From the NCBI GenBank assembly GCA_045593125.1, contig JAZNWB010000051.1, positions 1 through 43,860 of the forward strand: DNA of 43,860 bases, read 5' to 3'. Below, piece by piece: positions 22,265-31,052 of this stretch (its first letter is position 1; the number at the start of each line of letters is the position of its first letter). The notes below the pieces were generated by a model. That model did no database searches. It saw nothing but the letters and a program-made list of their open reading frames with translations, and was not told the origin of the DNA. This DNA is from Congzhengia sp. GTDB taxonomy: Bacteria; Bacillota; Clostridia; UBA1381; UBA9506. A program made the position numbers and the translations under genes.

Positions 22265-22319
22265 AAAATAAAAACAAAAATGGACAGACCTATCTACATT
22301 TATGTAAATGGGCTGCCCA
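22265..22319 (-). terminator. Riboswitch expression-platform terminator
   Basis: Minus strand TGGGCAGCCCATTTACAT / ATGTAGATAGGTCTGTCCA then TTTTTGTTTTT; its 5' arm overlaps aptamer P3. Confidence 0.8.
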
Positions 22320-22394
22320 GACGGTCGACATAAATACCAAATTTTTCTGCTCCCAGGCAGTGAACTCTGCCAATCCGTCAGTTGCAAAAAAATT
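22313..22394 (-). ncRNA. ZMP/ZTP riboswitch (pfl motif)
   Basis: Minus strand: P1 AATTTTTTTGC/GCAGAAAAATT, AACTGACGGA, P2 GGCAG/CTGCC, TGGGA, linker, P3 TGTCGACCGTCTGGGCA; GACGG/CCGTC pseudoknot; upstream of pur and glyA genes. Confidence 0.9.
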
Positions 22395-22413
22395 CCCTTA
22401 ATTCTATACCTAT

Positions 22414-22442
22414 AGTATATAAAAAAATGCCGATAAAGTCAA
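22414..22442 (-). promoter_or_regulatory. SigA-type promoter of the pur operon
   Basis: Minus strand TTGACT, 17 bp spacer, TATACT. Confidence 0.8.
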
Positions 22443-22490
22443 TGTTATTTTGTCAAAAAAAGTAATAATATTTTGAGTTTTTTATGTTTT

Positions 22491-23303
22491 TTATAGGGGT
22501 TGTTCCACGAATTTTCCTCCAAGTAGCACATAAGCTGATTTAAATCCTGCATTCTTTAAAGTTTCTGTGGATTCTTTAAAGTTACAATCAAGAAAATCTG
22601 CGTTGTGGCAATCAGATGTAAGTATTATGCGTGCACCTTTTTCGTAAAGTCTTTTTAAAATGGGAAATGCGGGGTAGGGTGCAGTTCTATAGCCTCTTGA
22701 AATCGCTCCTGTGTTTACTTCAAACAGGTCACAGTGAGGAATTACTGCGTCTATAGCGTCAAACACCATGTTGAGATATTCCTTGGAATTCTCATCAAAA
22801 TATTTGTTTCCCTCATTAAATTTAGCCACAAGGTCAAAGTGACCCACAATGTCAGGTTTTACCTTGCCTATTTGTGCGACTGCTTCAAAATATGCCTCTA
22901 CGAATTTCAGATAACTTCCGCCAAAGTGTTCGCGTATAAAGCTCTGAGTCAATTCTTCTGTATTATCTACAGGGAAAAGTCTGCCTTCGTCTGATTTTGC
23001 GTAGTGGACAGAGCCTATAATGTAGTCGTATTTTTGTCTGTCAATCAAAGAATAAAGGTCACACTCGCAACCTAAGTAAATTTCGATTTTATCCTTATAT
23101 TTCTCTTTTAAAAGATTGATTTCATCTATGTATTTTAATGTGGAGTCAGGAGTCATACAGTATTCATCGTCGTGGGGAGTGTAGGCATGGCCTGAAAACC
23201 CCAAAGATGTAAAGCCCTTTTTGATAGCGGCTCTTACCAATTCTTCGGGCGAGTTTTTTCCGTCACAATATACTGTATGGGTGTGGAGATTTGATAAAAT
23301 CAT
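22491..23303 (-). CDS. hisK: Histidinol-phosphatase, PHP family
   Basis: [36 protein letters not shown]; last gene of the his operon. Confidence 0.85.
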   Translation of the reverse strand: MILSNLHTHTVYCDGKNSPEELVRAAIKKGFTSLGFSGHAYTPHDDEYCMTPDSTLKYIDEINLLKEKYKDKIEIYLGCECDLYSLIDRQKYDYIIGSVHYAKSDEGRLFPVDNTEELTQSFIREHFGGSYLKFVEAYFEAVAQIGKVKPDIVGHFDLVAKFNEGNKYFDENSKEYLNMVFDAIDAVIPHCDLFEVNTGAISRGYRTAPYPAFPILKRLYEKGARIILTSDCHNADFLDCNFKESTETLKNAGFKSAYVLLGGKFVEQPL

Positions 23304-23956
23304 TTTGTCATTTTCTCCTGTTTTACCTTGTGTTCTATGATGTCGCGTGAGGCAAGCTCATTCATAACATCGTCAACAGTAATACCCATTTCTACCATTA
23401 AAACGAGCGAATGGTACATTAAATCTGCAAGCTCGTAGATGGTCTCGGCTTTGTCATTACCCTTGGCTGCAACGATAACTTCAGTAGACTCTTCGCCAAT
23501 CTTTTTTAAGATTTTGTCTATGCCTTTTTCAAAAAGGTATGTGGTGTACGAACCTTCGGGCATTTCTGTCTTTCTTCCCAAAAGCTTTTTGTAAAGAGAT
23601 GCAACGGAAAAATCTATGGGTGTGTCGCCAAAGATTGTGTCATTAAAGCAGGAGTCTGCTCCTGTGTGGCAGGCAGGACCATCTTTTTTAACCATAACCA
23701 CTAAAGCATCGCTGTCGCAGTCTGCAGTGATTGATTGAATGTATTGGTAGTTTCCTGAGGTTTCGCCTTTGCGCCAGAGCTCCTGACGAGAGCGTGACCA
23801 GAAGCAAGTTTTGCCCTCAGCCATACTAATTTCTAAGCTTTCTTTATTCATGTAGGCAAGTGTTAAAACTTTTTTTGTTTCTGCATCTACTACGATTGCA
23901 GGAATTAAGCCTTTTTCGTCAAATTTAAGTGTTGATATATCCATATTAATTTCCAT
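23300..23956 (-). CDS. hisIE: Bifunctional PR-AMP cyclohydrolase / PR-ATP pyrophosphatase (start 23956 or 23944)
   Basis: [52 protein letters not shown]. Confidence 0.94.
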   Translation of the reverse strand: MEINMDISTLKFDEKGLIPAIVVDAETKKVLTLAYMNKESLEISMAEGKTCFWSRSRQELWRKGETSGNYQYIQSITADCDSDALVVMVKKDGPACHTGADSCFNDTIFGDTPIDFSVASLYKKLLGRKTEMPEGSYTTYLFEKGIDKILKKIGEESTEVIVAAKGNDKAETIYELADLMYHSLVLMVEMGITVDDVMNELASRDIIEHKVKQEKMTK

Positions 23957-24130
23957 AGCCTTTCTGCCCACAGATAGTAAATTATGAATAAATATATACG
24001 TAGCTTATCGTGGGCAGATAAGGCGTATAATGGAAATTGTGCACATCGCCGTTTCGCATCATTTATGATGCGAAAAATTCGGCGGTGCGATAGATTCCGC
24101 CGGAGGCATATAACGCAAGTATTTGCGTTA
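23948..24130. repeat. Intergenic array of three inverted repeats between hisF and hisIE
   Basis: Long imperfect hairpin 23948-24038, hairpin CATCGCCG-TTTCGCATCAT/ATGATGCGAAA-CGGCGGTG at about 24044-24087, and TAACGCAA/TTGCGTTA at 24111-24130. Confidence 0.7.
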
Positions 24131-24886
24131 CAACCTCACATTTATATTGTTTTTCTGTAATTCTTCTTTTAAGTCGTGTATTTTTACCTCGCCGAAGTGG
24201 AAGATTGAAGCAGCCAGTCCTGCGTCGATTGTAGGAATCTCTTTAAATAATGTTACAAAATCCTGGATTCCGCCAGCACCGCCTGATGCAATGACAGGGA
24301 TAGAAACTAATTCCTCAACTGCTTTTAACATTTCCAAATCAAAGCCCTGTTTTACCCCATCAGTGTCAATGCTGTTTACAACAATTTCGCCTGCACCATT
24401 ATTTTCTCCCATTTTTATCCACTCAAGGGCATCAATGCCAGTAGCAACTCTTCCGCCATGAGAAAAAACTTCGAATTTGCCGCCTGCACGCTTTACGTCA
24501 ACAGACAAAACTACGCACTGACTGCCGTAACACTTTGCGGCCTCCTCTATTATTTTAGGATTTTTGATTGCCCCTGAATTTACAGAAACCTTGTCCGCAC
24601 CGCACTTTAGCACTCTGTCAAAATCAGCCAAAGTATTTATGCCTCCACCAACTGTTAATGGAATAAAAATTTTACTTGCGGCATCTTTTAAAATATCTGT
24701 AAAAATACCTCTGCCTTCAGCAGATGCGGTGATGTCGTAAAACACAAGCTCGTCAGCACCGCAACGGCTATAGTAATCTGCAAGTTCTACGGGGTTTGAA
24801 ACGTCAGATAACCCTTTAAAGTTTACGCCTTTTACAACTCTGCCGTCCTTAACATCGAGGCAGGGAATTATTCTTTTTGTTATCAT
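24128..24886 (-). CDS. hisF: Imidazole glycerol phosphate synthase cyclase subunit
   Basis: KRIIPCLDV, GADELVFYDI, PLTVGGGI, IASGGAG, ASIFH. Confidence 0.96.
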   Translation of the reverse strand: MITKRIIPCLDVKDGRVVKGVNFKGLSDVSNPVELADYYSRCGADELVFYDITASAEGRGIFTDILKDAASKIFIPLTVGGGINTLADFDRVLKCGADKVSVNSGAIKNPKIIEEAAKCYGSQCVVLSVDVKRAGGKFEVFSHGGRVATGIDALEWIKMGENNGAGEIVVNSIDTDGVKQGFDLEMLKAVEELVSIPVIASGGAGGIQDFVTLFKEIPTIDAGLAASIFHFGEVKIHDLKEELQKNNINVRL

Positions 24887-25596
24887 TTTGCCACCTCGAT
24901 TGCATCGGCTAAATTAACTGCACCAGTGTAGAGTGCTTTTCCTAAAATTGCACCATAGAGGTTCATTTCTTTTAATGCTTTAATGTCTTCCATAGATGAA
25001 ACACCGCCTGATGCTACTATGTCGATAGAGTATTTTTGGGACAAATCACGATATAATTCTAAATTTGTACCCTGCATTGCACCGTCTTTTGAGATGTCTG
25101 TGCAGATTACACAGGATGCACCAGCACACTCTAAATCGGAGAATAACTCATCACAGGAAATAGAAGAAACTTCTGTCCAGCCGTGGATTGCTACCATTCC
25201 GTCTGAAATGTCAACACCGATGGCTATACGTTCGCCATATTTTTTAATCATTTCCTTGGTAAAATCGGGATTTTTTATTGCAATTGTACCCAGTATTACA
25301 CGAAAAACGCCTGCGTCAATATATTGTTTTATAACTTCTTCTGACCTTACACCGCCGCCAATTTCGACTTTTAAATTTGTTTCGTCGCAAATTGCCTTTA
25401 TAATGTCAAAGTTGTGAACGTTGCCGTCTTTTGCAGCGTCTAAATCTACGATGTGGATGTATTCAGCACCGCACGCCTCAAAGTCTTTTGCAACTGATAC
25501 GGGGTCGTTGCTAAAGACTGTCACTTTGTCGTAGTCGCCTTTTAAGAGTCTTACGACTTGTCCGTTTATTAAATCTATTGCAGGGAAAATATTCAT
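24883..25596 (-). CDS. hisA: ProFAR isomerase
   Basis: FPAIDLINGQVVRL, HIVDLD, GGGVR, TDISKDG, ASGGV. Confidence 0.96.
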   Translation of the reverse strand: MNIFPAIDLINGQVVRLLKGDYDKVTVFSNDPVSVAKDFEACGAEYIHIVDLDAAKDGNVHNFDIIKAICDETNLKVEIGGGVRSEEVIKQYIDAGVFRVILGTIAIKNPDFTKEMIKKYGERIAIGVDISDGMVAIHGWTEVSSISCDELFSDLECAGASCVICTDISKDGAMQGTNLELYRDLSQKYSIDIVASGGVSSMEDIKALKEMNLYGAILGKALYTGAVNLADAIEVAK

Positions 25597-25597
25597 C

Positions 25598-26215
25598 TTA
25601 TAACTCCTTGAATGCTCTTAAAATATTTAAACCTACTTCGCCGCTTTTTTCAGGATGGAACTGAACGCCGAAAACGTTGTCACGTGCGATTGCGGCGGTA
25701 AGTTCTGCACCGTATTCCGTGGTAGCAATGGTATCGGGAGCACAGTCTGTACAGTAGTATGAATGTACGAAGTAAACGTGTTCGCCCTCGTTTACATAGC
25801 GGAATATGGGTGATTTTGGCTTATCTTTTGGGAAAATTAATTTATTCCAGCCAATATGGGGAATCTTGTAGTCGGCAGGGACAACACCCTCCATAGAAAC
25901 TACATTTCCAGGGATAATATCGAGCCCTGAGTATTCGCCAAATTCAAAGCTTTTTGTAAGCATCATCTGCATACCAAGGCAGATGCCCAAAAAAGGTTTG
26001 CCGCTTTTTGCCTCTTCAATTACCACCTTATCAAGCCCTGTGGCACGAAGTTTACTTTCGGCGTCACGGAATGCTCCCACACCTGGGAATATCACCTTGT
26101 CAGCTTTTTTGATTGTGGCTACATCGGATGTAAGCTCGATGTCAGCACCAATATATTTAAATGATGAGCATAGGGAAAAAATATTCCCTACGCCGTAGTC
26201 AACTATTGCAATCAT
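25598..26215 (-). CDS. hisH: Imidazole glycerol phosphate synthase glutaminase subunit
   Basis: VDYGVGN, PGVGAF, GICLGMQ, YFVHSY, QFHPEKS. Confidence 0.96.
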   Translation of the reverse strand: MIAIVDYGVGNIFSLCSSFKYIGADIELTSDVATIKKADKVIFPGVGAFRDAESKLRATGLDKVVIEEAKSGKPFLGICLGMQMMLTKSFEFGEYSGLDIIPGNVVSMEGVVPADYKIPHIGWNKLIFPKDKPKSPIFRYVNEGEHVYFVHSYYCTDCAPDTIATTEYGAELTAAIARDNVFGVQFHPEKSGEVGLNILRAFKEL

Positions 26216-26229
26216 TATAGTACGCCTTT

Positions 26230-26817
26230 CTATAATACGCCTTTTGTAGAGGGAATTTCGTTTATATGTTTTTCATCGATGGAAACAGCAATCGCCAATG
26301 CTCTGCCCAAGGCTTTAAACATTCCTTCTGCCAAGTGGTGAGCATTTTCACCTGAGAATTCTTTAAAATGTAAAGCCATAGGGCAATTACGCACAAAGCC
26401 TAACATAAATTCTTTCACAAGCTCTGTGTCGAAGTCGCCGATTGTGGGTGTGTCAAATTCTACCTGATAGCCTAAGTGTGCTCTTCCCGAAATGTCGATA
26501 GCACAAAGCATTAAAACCTCGTCCATAGGAAGAACGAAAAAGCCGTAACGCGTGATACCACGCTTGTCACCTAAAGCTTCATTTAATGCCTGACCTAAAG
26601 CTATACCGATATCTTCTACTGTGTGGTGATAATCAACTTCGGTATCGCCACAACAACTAACGTTTAAATCAAATGAACCGTGGCGGGCAAAAAGTGTCAG
26701 CATATGGTCCAAAAAGCCGCAGCCTGAGTTGATTTGTGACACTCCCGTGCCGTCAATATTTAAGCTTAATGAAATTTTGGTTTCGTTGGTATTTCTTATA
26801 ATTTCACTTGTTCTCAT
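26230..26817 (-). CDS. hisB: Imidazoleglycerol-phosphate dehydratase
   Basis: RNTNET, FLDHML, DYHHTVED, NAHHLAE, PSTKG. Confidence 0.96.
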   Translation of the reverse strand: MRTSEIIRNTNETKISLSLNIDGTGVSQINSGCGFLDHMLTLFARHGSFDLNVSCCGDTEVDYHHTVEDIGIALGQALNEALGDKRGITRYGFFVLPMDEVLMLCAIDISGRAHLGYQVEFDTPTIGDFDTELVKEFMLGFVRNCPMALHFKEFSGENAHHLAEGMFKALGRALAIAVSIDEKHINEIPSTKGVL

Positions 26818-27871
26818 TTAAGCACTCCTTTACTTTTTCTATAAAGGTTTCCATCTCTTCCTGTGTTCCTATTGTGATTCTGTTAAAATCACAGATTTCA
26901 GGCGCGGAGAAGTGGCGTACCAGTACGCCTTTATCCTTTAGTTTTTCATACAGGGTCTGGCCTGAAATTTTATCACTCTTAGCAAAGATAAAGTTTGTAC
27001 AGGAGGGAATACAGTAAAAGCCTAATTTCGTAAGTTCTTTTTCTGTATATTCGCGTGTTTTCATAATACGTTTGCAGTTATCTGCAAAGTAGTTATCACT
27101 ATCTATTGCCGCCACCCCCGCAACCAAAGTTAATCGGTTGATATTATAGGGGTTTGTTGAATATTTTATCTTTTCTAAGTCAGCGATAATTTCAGCGTTG
27201 CCTATGGCAAAGCCGAGACGTGCACCCGCAAGTGAACGTGACTTTGAAAAGGTTTGTACAACCAGCAAATTGTCATACTCATTTGTGAGAGTAACTGCAC
27301 TCTCTCCGCCAAAATCAACGTATGCTTCGTCAATTAAAACAATATTCTCGGGGTTTGATGCAACTATTCGCTCAATGTCTGACAGCGAAAGCGTCAAGCC
27401 TGTGGGAGCATTGGGGTTTGCAATCACTATGTTTTTATTGATACCGATGTAGTCTTCGGCATTTATTGAAAAGTCTTCCCTTAATGGGATTGTTTCGTAA
27501 GAAATTCCGTAAAGCTCTGCAAAAACCTTGTAAAATCCGTATGAAATTTCAGGGAACACCACAGAATTTTCTTTTGAACAAAACGCCATAAAGTAAAAGT
27601 TCAATGACTCGTCAGAACCGTTTGACACAAACACGTTTTCGGAAGAAACGCCGTAACGTGCAGCGAGTTTTTCCTTTAAGGTTTTGCACAGAGGGTCTGA
27701 GTAAAGACGTAAATCTGCTACCTCAGAGGCACTAACTGCTGCTACTACCTCAGAAGACGGTGGGTAGGGAGATTCGTTCGTGTTGAGCTTTATGTATTTT
27801 TTATCCCTTGGCTGTTCGCCTGGGGTATAAGCCTCTAACCCTTTTAAGTTATCGTTTAAAAATTTACTCAT
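26804..27871 (-). CDS. hisC: Histidinol-phosphate aminotransferase
   Basis: KLNTNESPY, NPNAPTG, IDEAYVDF, TFSKSRSLAGARLG. Confidence 0.95.
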   Translation of the reverse strand: MSKFLNDNLKGLEAYTPGEQPRDKKYIKLNTNESPYPPSSEVVAAVSASEVADLRLYSDPLCKTLKEKLAARYGVSSENVFVSNGSDESLNFYFMAFCSKENSVVFPEISYGFYKVFAELYGISYETIPLREDFSINAEDYIGINKNIVIANPNAPTGLTLSLSDIERIVASNPENIVLIDEAYVDFGGESAVTLTNEYDNLLVVQTFSKSRSLAGARLGFAIGNAEIIADLEKIKYSTNPYNINRLTLVAGVAAIDSDNYFADNCKRIMKTREYTEKELTKLGFYCIPSCTNFIFAKSDKISGQTLYEKLKDKGVLVRHFSAPEICDFNRITIGTQEEMETFIEKVKECLNENK

Positions 27872-29150
27872 TGTTTTCCTCTCTTGTTCTTACAACTGCG
27901 CTTCTGGCGTGAGCGGAAAGGCCTTCTTTTTCTGCAAAGTAGTAAACGTCTTCTGCCATGCCTCCGAGCGCTTCTTTTGTAAAATATGTAAACTGTGTTT
28001 TCTTTATAAAGTCATCAACGGACAAGGGACTTGAAAATCTAGCTGTGCCGCTTGTGGGCAGTGTATGATTTGCACCTGCCATGTAATCTCCCAAAGCCTC
28101 GGGGCAGTATCTTCCCATAAAGATTGAGCCTGCGTGGCGAATCTTGTCAAGATAATCAAAAGGATTATCAACCACAAGCTCTAAATGCTCGGGGGCAATT
28201 TCATTTGAAATGTCTATGGCAACAGACAAGTCAGCAGCCACTATAATTTTGCCGTTATTATCAATGGATGCTCTTGCGATTTCCTCGCGGGGAAGAGTGG
28301 AGAGCTGAATTTCTATTTCTTCTGAAACTTTTTCGGCTAACTCCATACTTGTAGTAACAAGTACCGCACTGGCTAACTTGTCGTGTTCTGCCTGTGAAAG
28401 CAGGTCTGCGGCTAAGTGCTTGGGGTTTGATTTTTCGTCCGCAACAATCAAAATCTCGCTGGGACCTGCTATCATATCAATTGAAACTACGCCGTATACT
28501 TGCTTTTTCGCCTCTGCCACAAAGGCGTTACCGGGGCCTACGATTTTGTCTACCTTGGGTATGGTTTCTGTCCCGTAAGCTAAGGCTGCAATTGCCTGAG
28601 CACCGCCAACTTTAAAGATTTTATCCACTCCTGCAACTTTTGCTGCTGCCAAAATTACGGGGTTTATTTTTCCCTGTTTATCAGGGGGTGTTACCATAAC
28701 AAGTTCAGAAACACCTGCGATTTTTGCAGGGATGCTGTCCATCAAAACTGTTGAAGGGTACGCCGCAGTACCACCTGGAACATAGAGTCCCGCACGGTCA
28801 ACAGGTATGATTTTTTGTCCCATAATTGTACCATCGGAGTTTTCAATGCGAAACCCCTCACGTTTTTGTTGAGTATGAAAGCGTGTGATATTTTCTGCAG
28901 CACGTTTTAAAATTCTTATAAATTCAGGGTCAACCGAGGAGTATGCCTCCTCAATTTCTTCCTCTGTCACCTGTAGTGTCTTTACACATACACCATCAAA
29001 TTTTTTGGTGTAATCAGAAAGTGCAAAGTCACCGAATTTTCTTACGTTCTTTATAATATCAGCAACCGTTTCTTCCACGTTCATTTTTGGTTCAACACGG
29101 GCAAAAATCTCGGAATTTTCCACCTCGTCGTATTTATATATCTTAATCAT
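27864..29150 (-). CDS. hisD: Histidinol dehydrogenase
   Basis: GLYVPGG, GGAQAIAALAYG, DMIAGPSE, QAEHD, APEHL. Confidence 0.97.
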   Translation of the reverse strand: MIKIYKYDEVENSEIFARVEPKMNVEETVADIIKNVRKFGDFALSDYTKKFDGVCVKTLQVTEEEIEEAYSSVDPEFIRILKRAAENITRFHTQQKREGFRIENSDGTIMGQKIIPVDRAGLYVPGGTAAYPSTVLMDSIPAKIAGVSELVMVTPPDKQGKINPVILAAAKVAGVDKIFKVGGAQAIAALAYGTETIPKVDKIVGPGNAFVAEAKKQVYGVVSIDMIAGPSEILIVADEKSNPKHLAADLLSQAEHDKLASAVLVTTSMELAEKVSEEIEIQLSTLPREEIARASIDNNGKIIVAADLSVAIDISNEIAPEHLELVVDNPFDYLDKIRHAGSIFMGRYCPEALGDYMAGANHTLPTSGTARFSSPLSVDDFIKKTQFTYFTKEALGGMAEDVYYFAEKEGLSAHARSAVVRTREENNE

Positions 29151-29781
29151 TTTTTATCACCTGTTCAGAGAGTTTCTTCTGTATATCAGCTATTTTGTCC
29201 GCCTTGAATTTATAGCTTGATTTGTTGGAAATAAGTCGTGCTGAGATGGGCACGATTGTTTCAAAAACCTTTAAGTTGTTTTCCTTTAAGGTTGTGCCTG
29301 TTTCCACAATATCAACTATGACGTCTGAAAGCCCTAAAATCGGGGCAATCTCGATAGAACCGTTTAATTTTACAATGTCTATTTCACGACTTTTTCCTGC
29401 GTAATATTTTTTTGTTATATTTACAAACTTTGTGGCAACACGCAAGGTTTTGTCGGTATTGTCACGAAAATCAGCTTTTGAAGCTACTGCCATTCTGCAT
29501 TTGCCAAGATCCAGGTCTAAAAGCTCATAGATGTCAGGCTCATATTCTAAGAGAATATCCTTACCCGCAACACCGATGTCGGCAGCACCACGCTCAACAT
29601 AGATTGCAACGTCAGAGGGTTTTACCCAAAAATATCGAACGCACTTTTCAGGATTTTCAAATATGAGTTTTCTGTTGTTTTCGCGGATTGAGGGGCAGGG
29701 GTATCCTGCACGCTCAAACATATCGTAAACTTTTTCGCCTAATCTGCCTTTCGGAAGAGCGATATTTATATAATTATCCAT
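29143..29781 (-). CDS. hisG: ATP phosphoribosyltransferase, short form
   Basis: IALPKGRL, VATKF, GSIEIAP, DIVETGTTLKENNL; ATG 29781 after AGAGGTG. Confidence 0.96.
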   Translation of the reverse strand: MDNYINIALPKGRLGEKVYDMFERAGYPCPSIRENNRKLIFENPEKCVRYFWVKPSDVAIYVERGAADIGVAGKDILLEYEPDIYELLDLDLGKCRMAVASKADFRDNTDKTLRVATKFVNITKKYYAGKSREIDIVKLNGSIEIAPILGLSDVIVDIVETGTTLKENNLKVFETIVPISARLISNKSSYKFKADKIADIQKKLSEQVIKND

Positions 29782-29791
29782 GGTAGCACCT

Positions 29792-30868
29792 CTATTCAAA
29801 CCTTAAAAGTGTTTTGTACTTTAACCCTTCGGGGGCAGTTTTTTCTGCTAATACTCTGTTGCCCTGTGAAGTAAGTGTATCAACTGTTTTTAGAACTTCT
29901 GAAAGCTTATCTGTGTCATTGTACAAAAGTAAAATATCTGTATCGTATTCTTTTGTTTCTTCCATAAATCTTTCTAGGAAGTCTAAGTAAACCGCAAAAC
30001 CGATAGCTCCCGATTTTTTACCCATTTTGTTCATTAAAAGGTCGTATCTGCCGCCGGATAAAATTCCTGTGGGGATTCCTTCAATGTAGCCTTTAAACAC
30101 GATTCCGCTGTAATAGTTCATATCGTTAACAATAGAGAAGTCAAAGTGAATCTTATCTTTGTCCTGTAAATTCTTTAAAATATCGGCAATAGTAAATATT
30201 TCCTCCAATGCATCGGCAGCACTTTCGGGGAATGGGATTGCTGAGAGCTTTTCTTCAATCTCATCAACTGTGCCATTTACATTAATAAGGCGTACTATCG
30301 TCTTGCTGTCGACGCCCTCGTTATCACAAAGCGAAATTAAATCGTGGGTGTTTTTCTCGCTGATAAATTTTAAAATCTGAGTTTTAATATCGTCATTGAT
30401 TTCTGCAAGGACCGATGAAATCAATCCCATATGAGAAATATCTAACACGAATTTATCGGAAATTGCTGACAAGCTCTTTGCTGCCAGTGTCACAACCTCG
30501 CAAATATTGTATGTACCGATGTTTCCGATACACTCAAGACCTGTTTGCATAATCTCTTTAAAAGAATGGGTGTTCTTTGAAATTCTGTAAACGTTCTCAT
30601 TATAGTAAAGCTTTTGTACACCGGATGAATCTGCTGAGTTTTTGATTATAGATAACGTTACGTCGGGCTTTAATGCAAGGAGTTTGCCGTTTGTATCATT
30701 AAATGTTATAACACTGTCAGAAACCAGGAAGTCTTTGTTTCGCACGTACAGGTCATATTCTTCAAACTTACTCATCTTAAACTGAGCATAGCCATATTTT
30801 GAGTATAATTCACGAAGAGCAAAAATCACCTTTTCCTCAGTTCGCATATATTCTGATTTGAGTTTCAT
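29792..30868 (-). CDS. hisZ: ATP phosphoribosyltransferase regulatory subunit
   Basis: HisRS-like ALKPDVTLSI, QTGLECIG, YYSGIVF, GGRYD; first gene before short hisG. Confidence 0.9.
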   Translation of the reverse strand: MKLKSEYMRTEEKVIFALRELYSKYGYAQFKMSKFEEYDLYVRNKDFLVSDSVITFNDTNGKLLALKPDVTLSIIKNSADSSGVQKLYYNENVYRISKNTHSFKEIMQTGLECIGNIGTYNICEVVTLAAKSLSAISDKFVLDISHMGLISSVLAEINDDIKTQILKFISEKNTHDLISLCDNEGVDSKTIVRLINVNGTVDEIEEKLSAIPFPESAADALEEIFTIADILKNLQDKDKIHFDFSIVNDMNYYSGIVFKGYIEGIPTGILSGGRYDLLMNKMGKKSGAIGFAVYLDFLERFMEETKEYDTDILLLYNDTDKLSEVLKTVDTLTSQGNRVLAEKTAPEGLKYKTLLRFE

Positions 30869-30922
30869 TTTTTGTCTTCTCCTTTAGTTAAAGTTGCCGA
30901 TTTCGGCAGTATTATCAACAAC

Positions 30923-30959
30923 ACTTTATTACTTTACCACTTTATCGTGATAAAGTCAA
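30923..30959 (-). promoter_or_regulatory. his promoter with overlapping palindromic operator (HisR/YerC-type)
   Basis: Minus strand TTGACT-17 bp-TAAAGT with extended TG; palindrome ACTTTATC-GT-GATAAAGT (30939-30956); ACTTTA repeated at 30923, 30931 and 30939. Confidence 0.75.
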
Positions 30960-31008
30960 GCGTTTTTTAAAGAAATTGTGTTATGTTTTTTTATTTTCCT
31001 AAAAATCA

Positions 31009-31041
31009 GTAAAAAGATATGTAAAAAACATATCTTTTTAC
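31009..31041. terminator. Hairpin/terminator after the FkbH-like gene
   Basis: 14-bp perfect inverted repeat GTAAAAAGATATGT / ACATATCTTTTTAC with 5-nt loop. Confidence 0.65.
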
Positions 31042-31052
31042 CGCAACATGCA

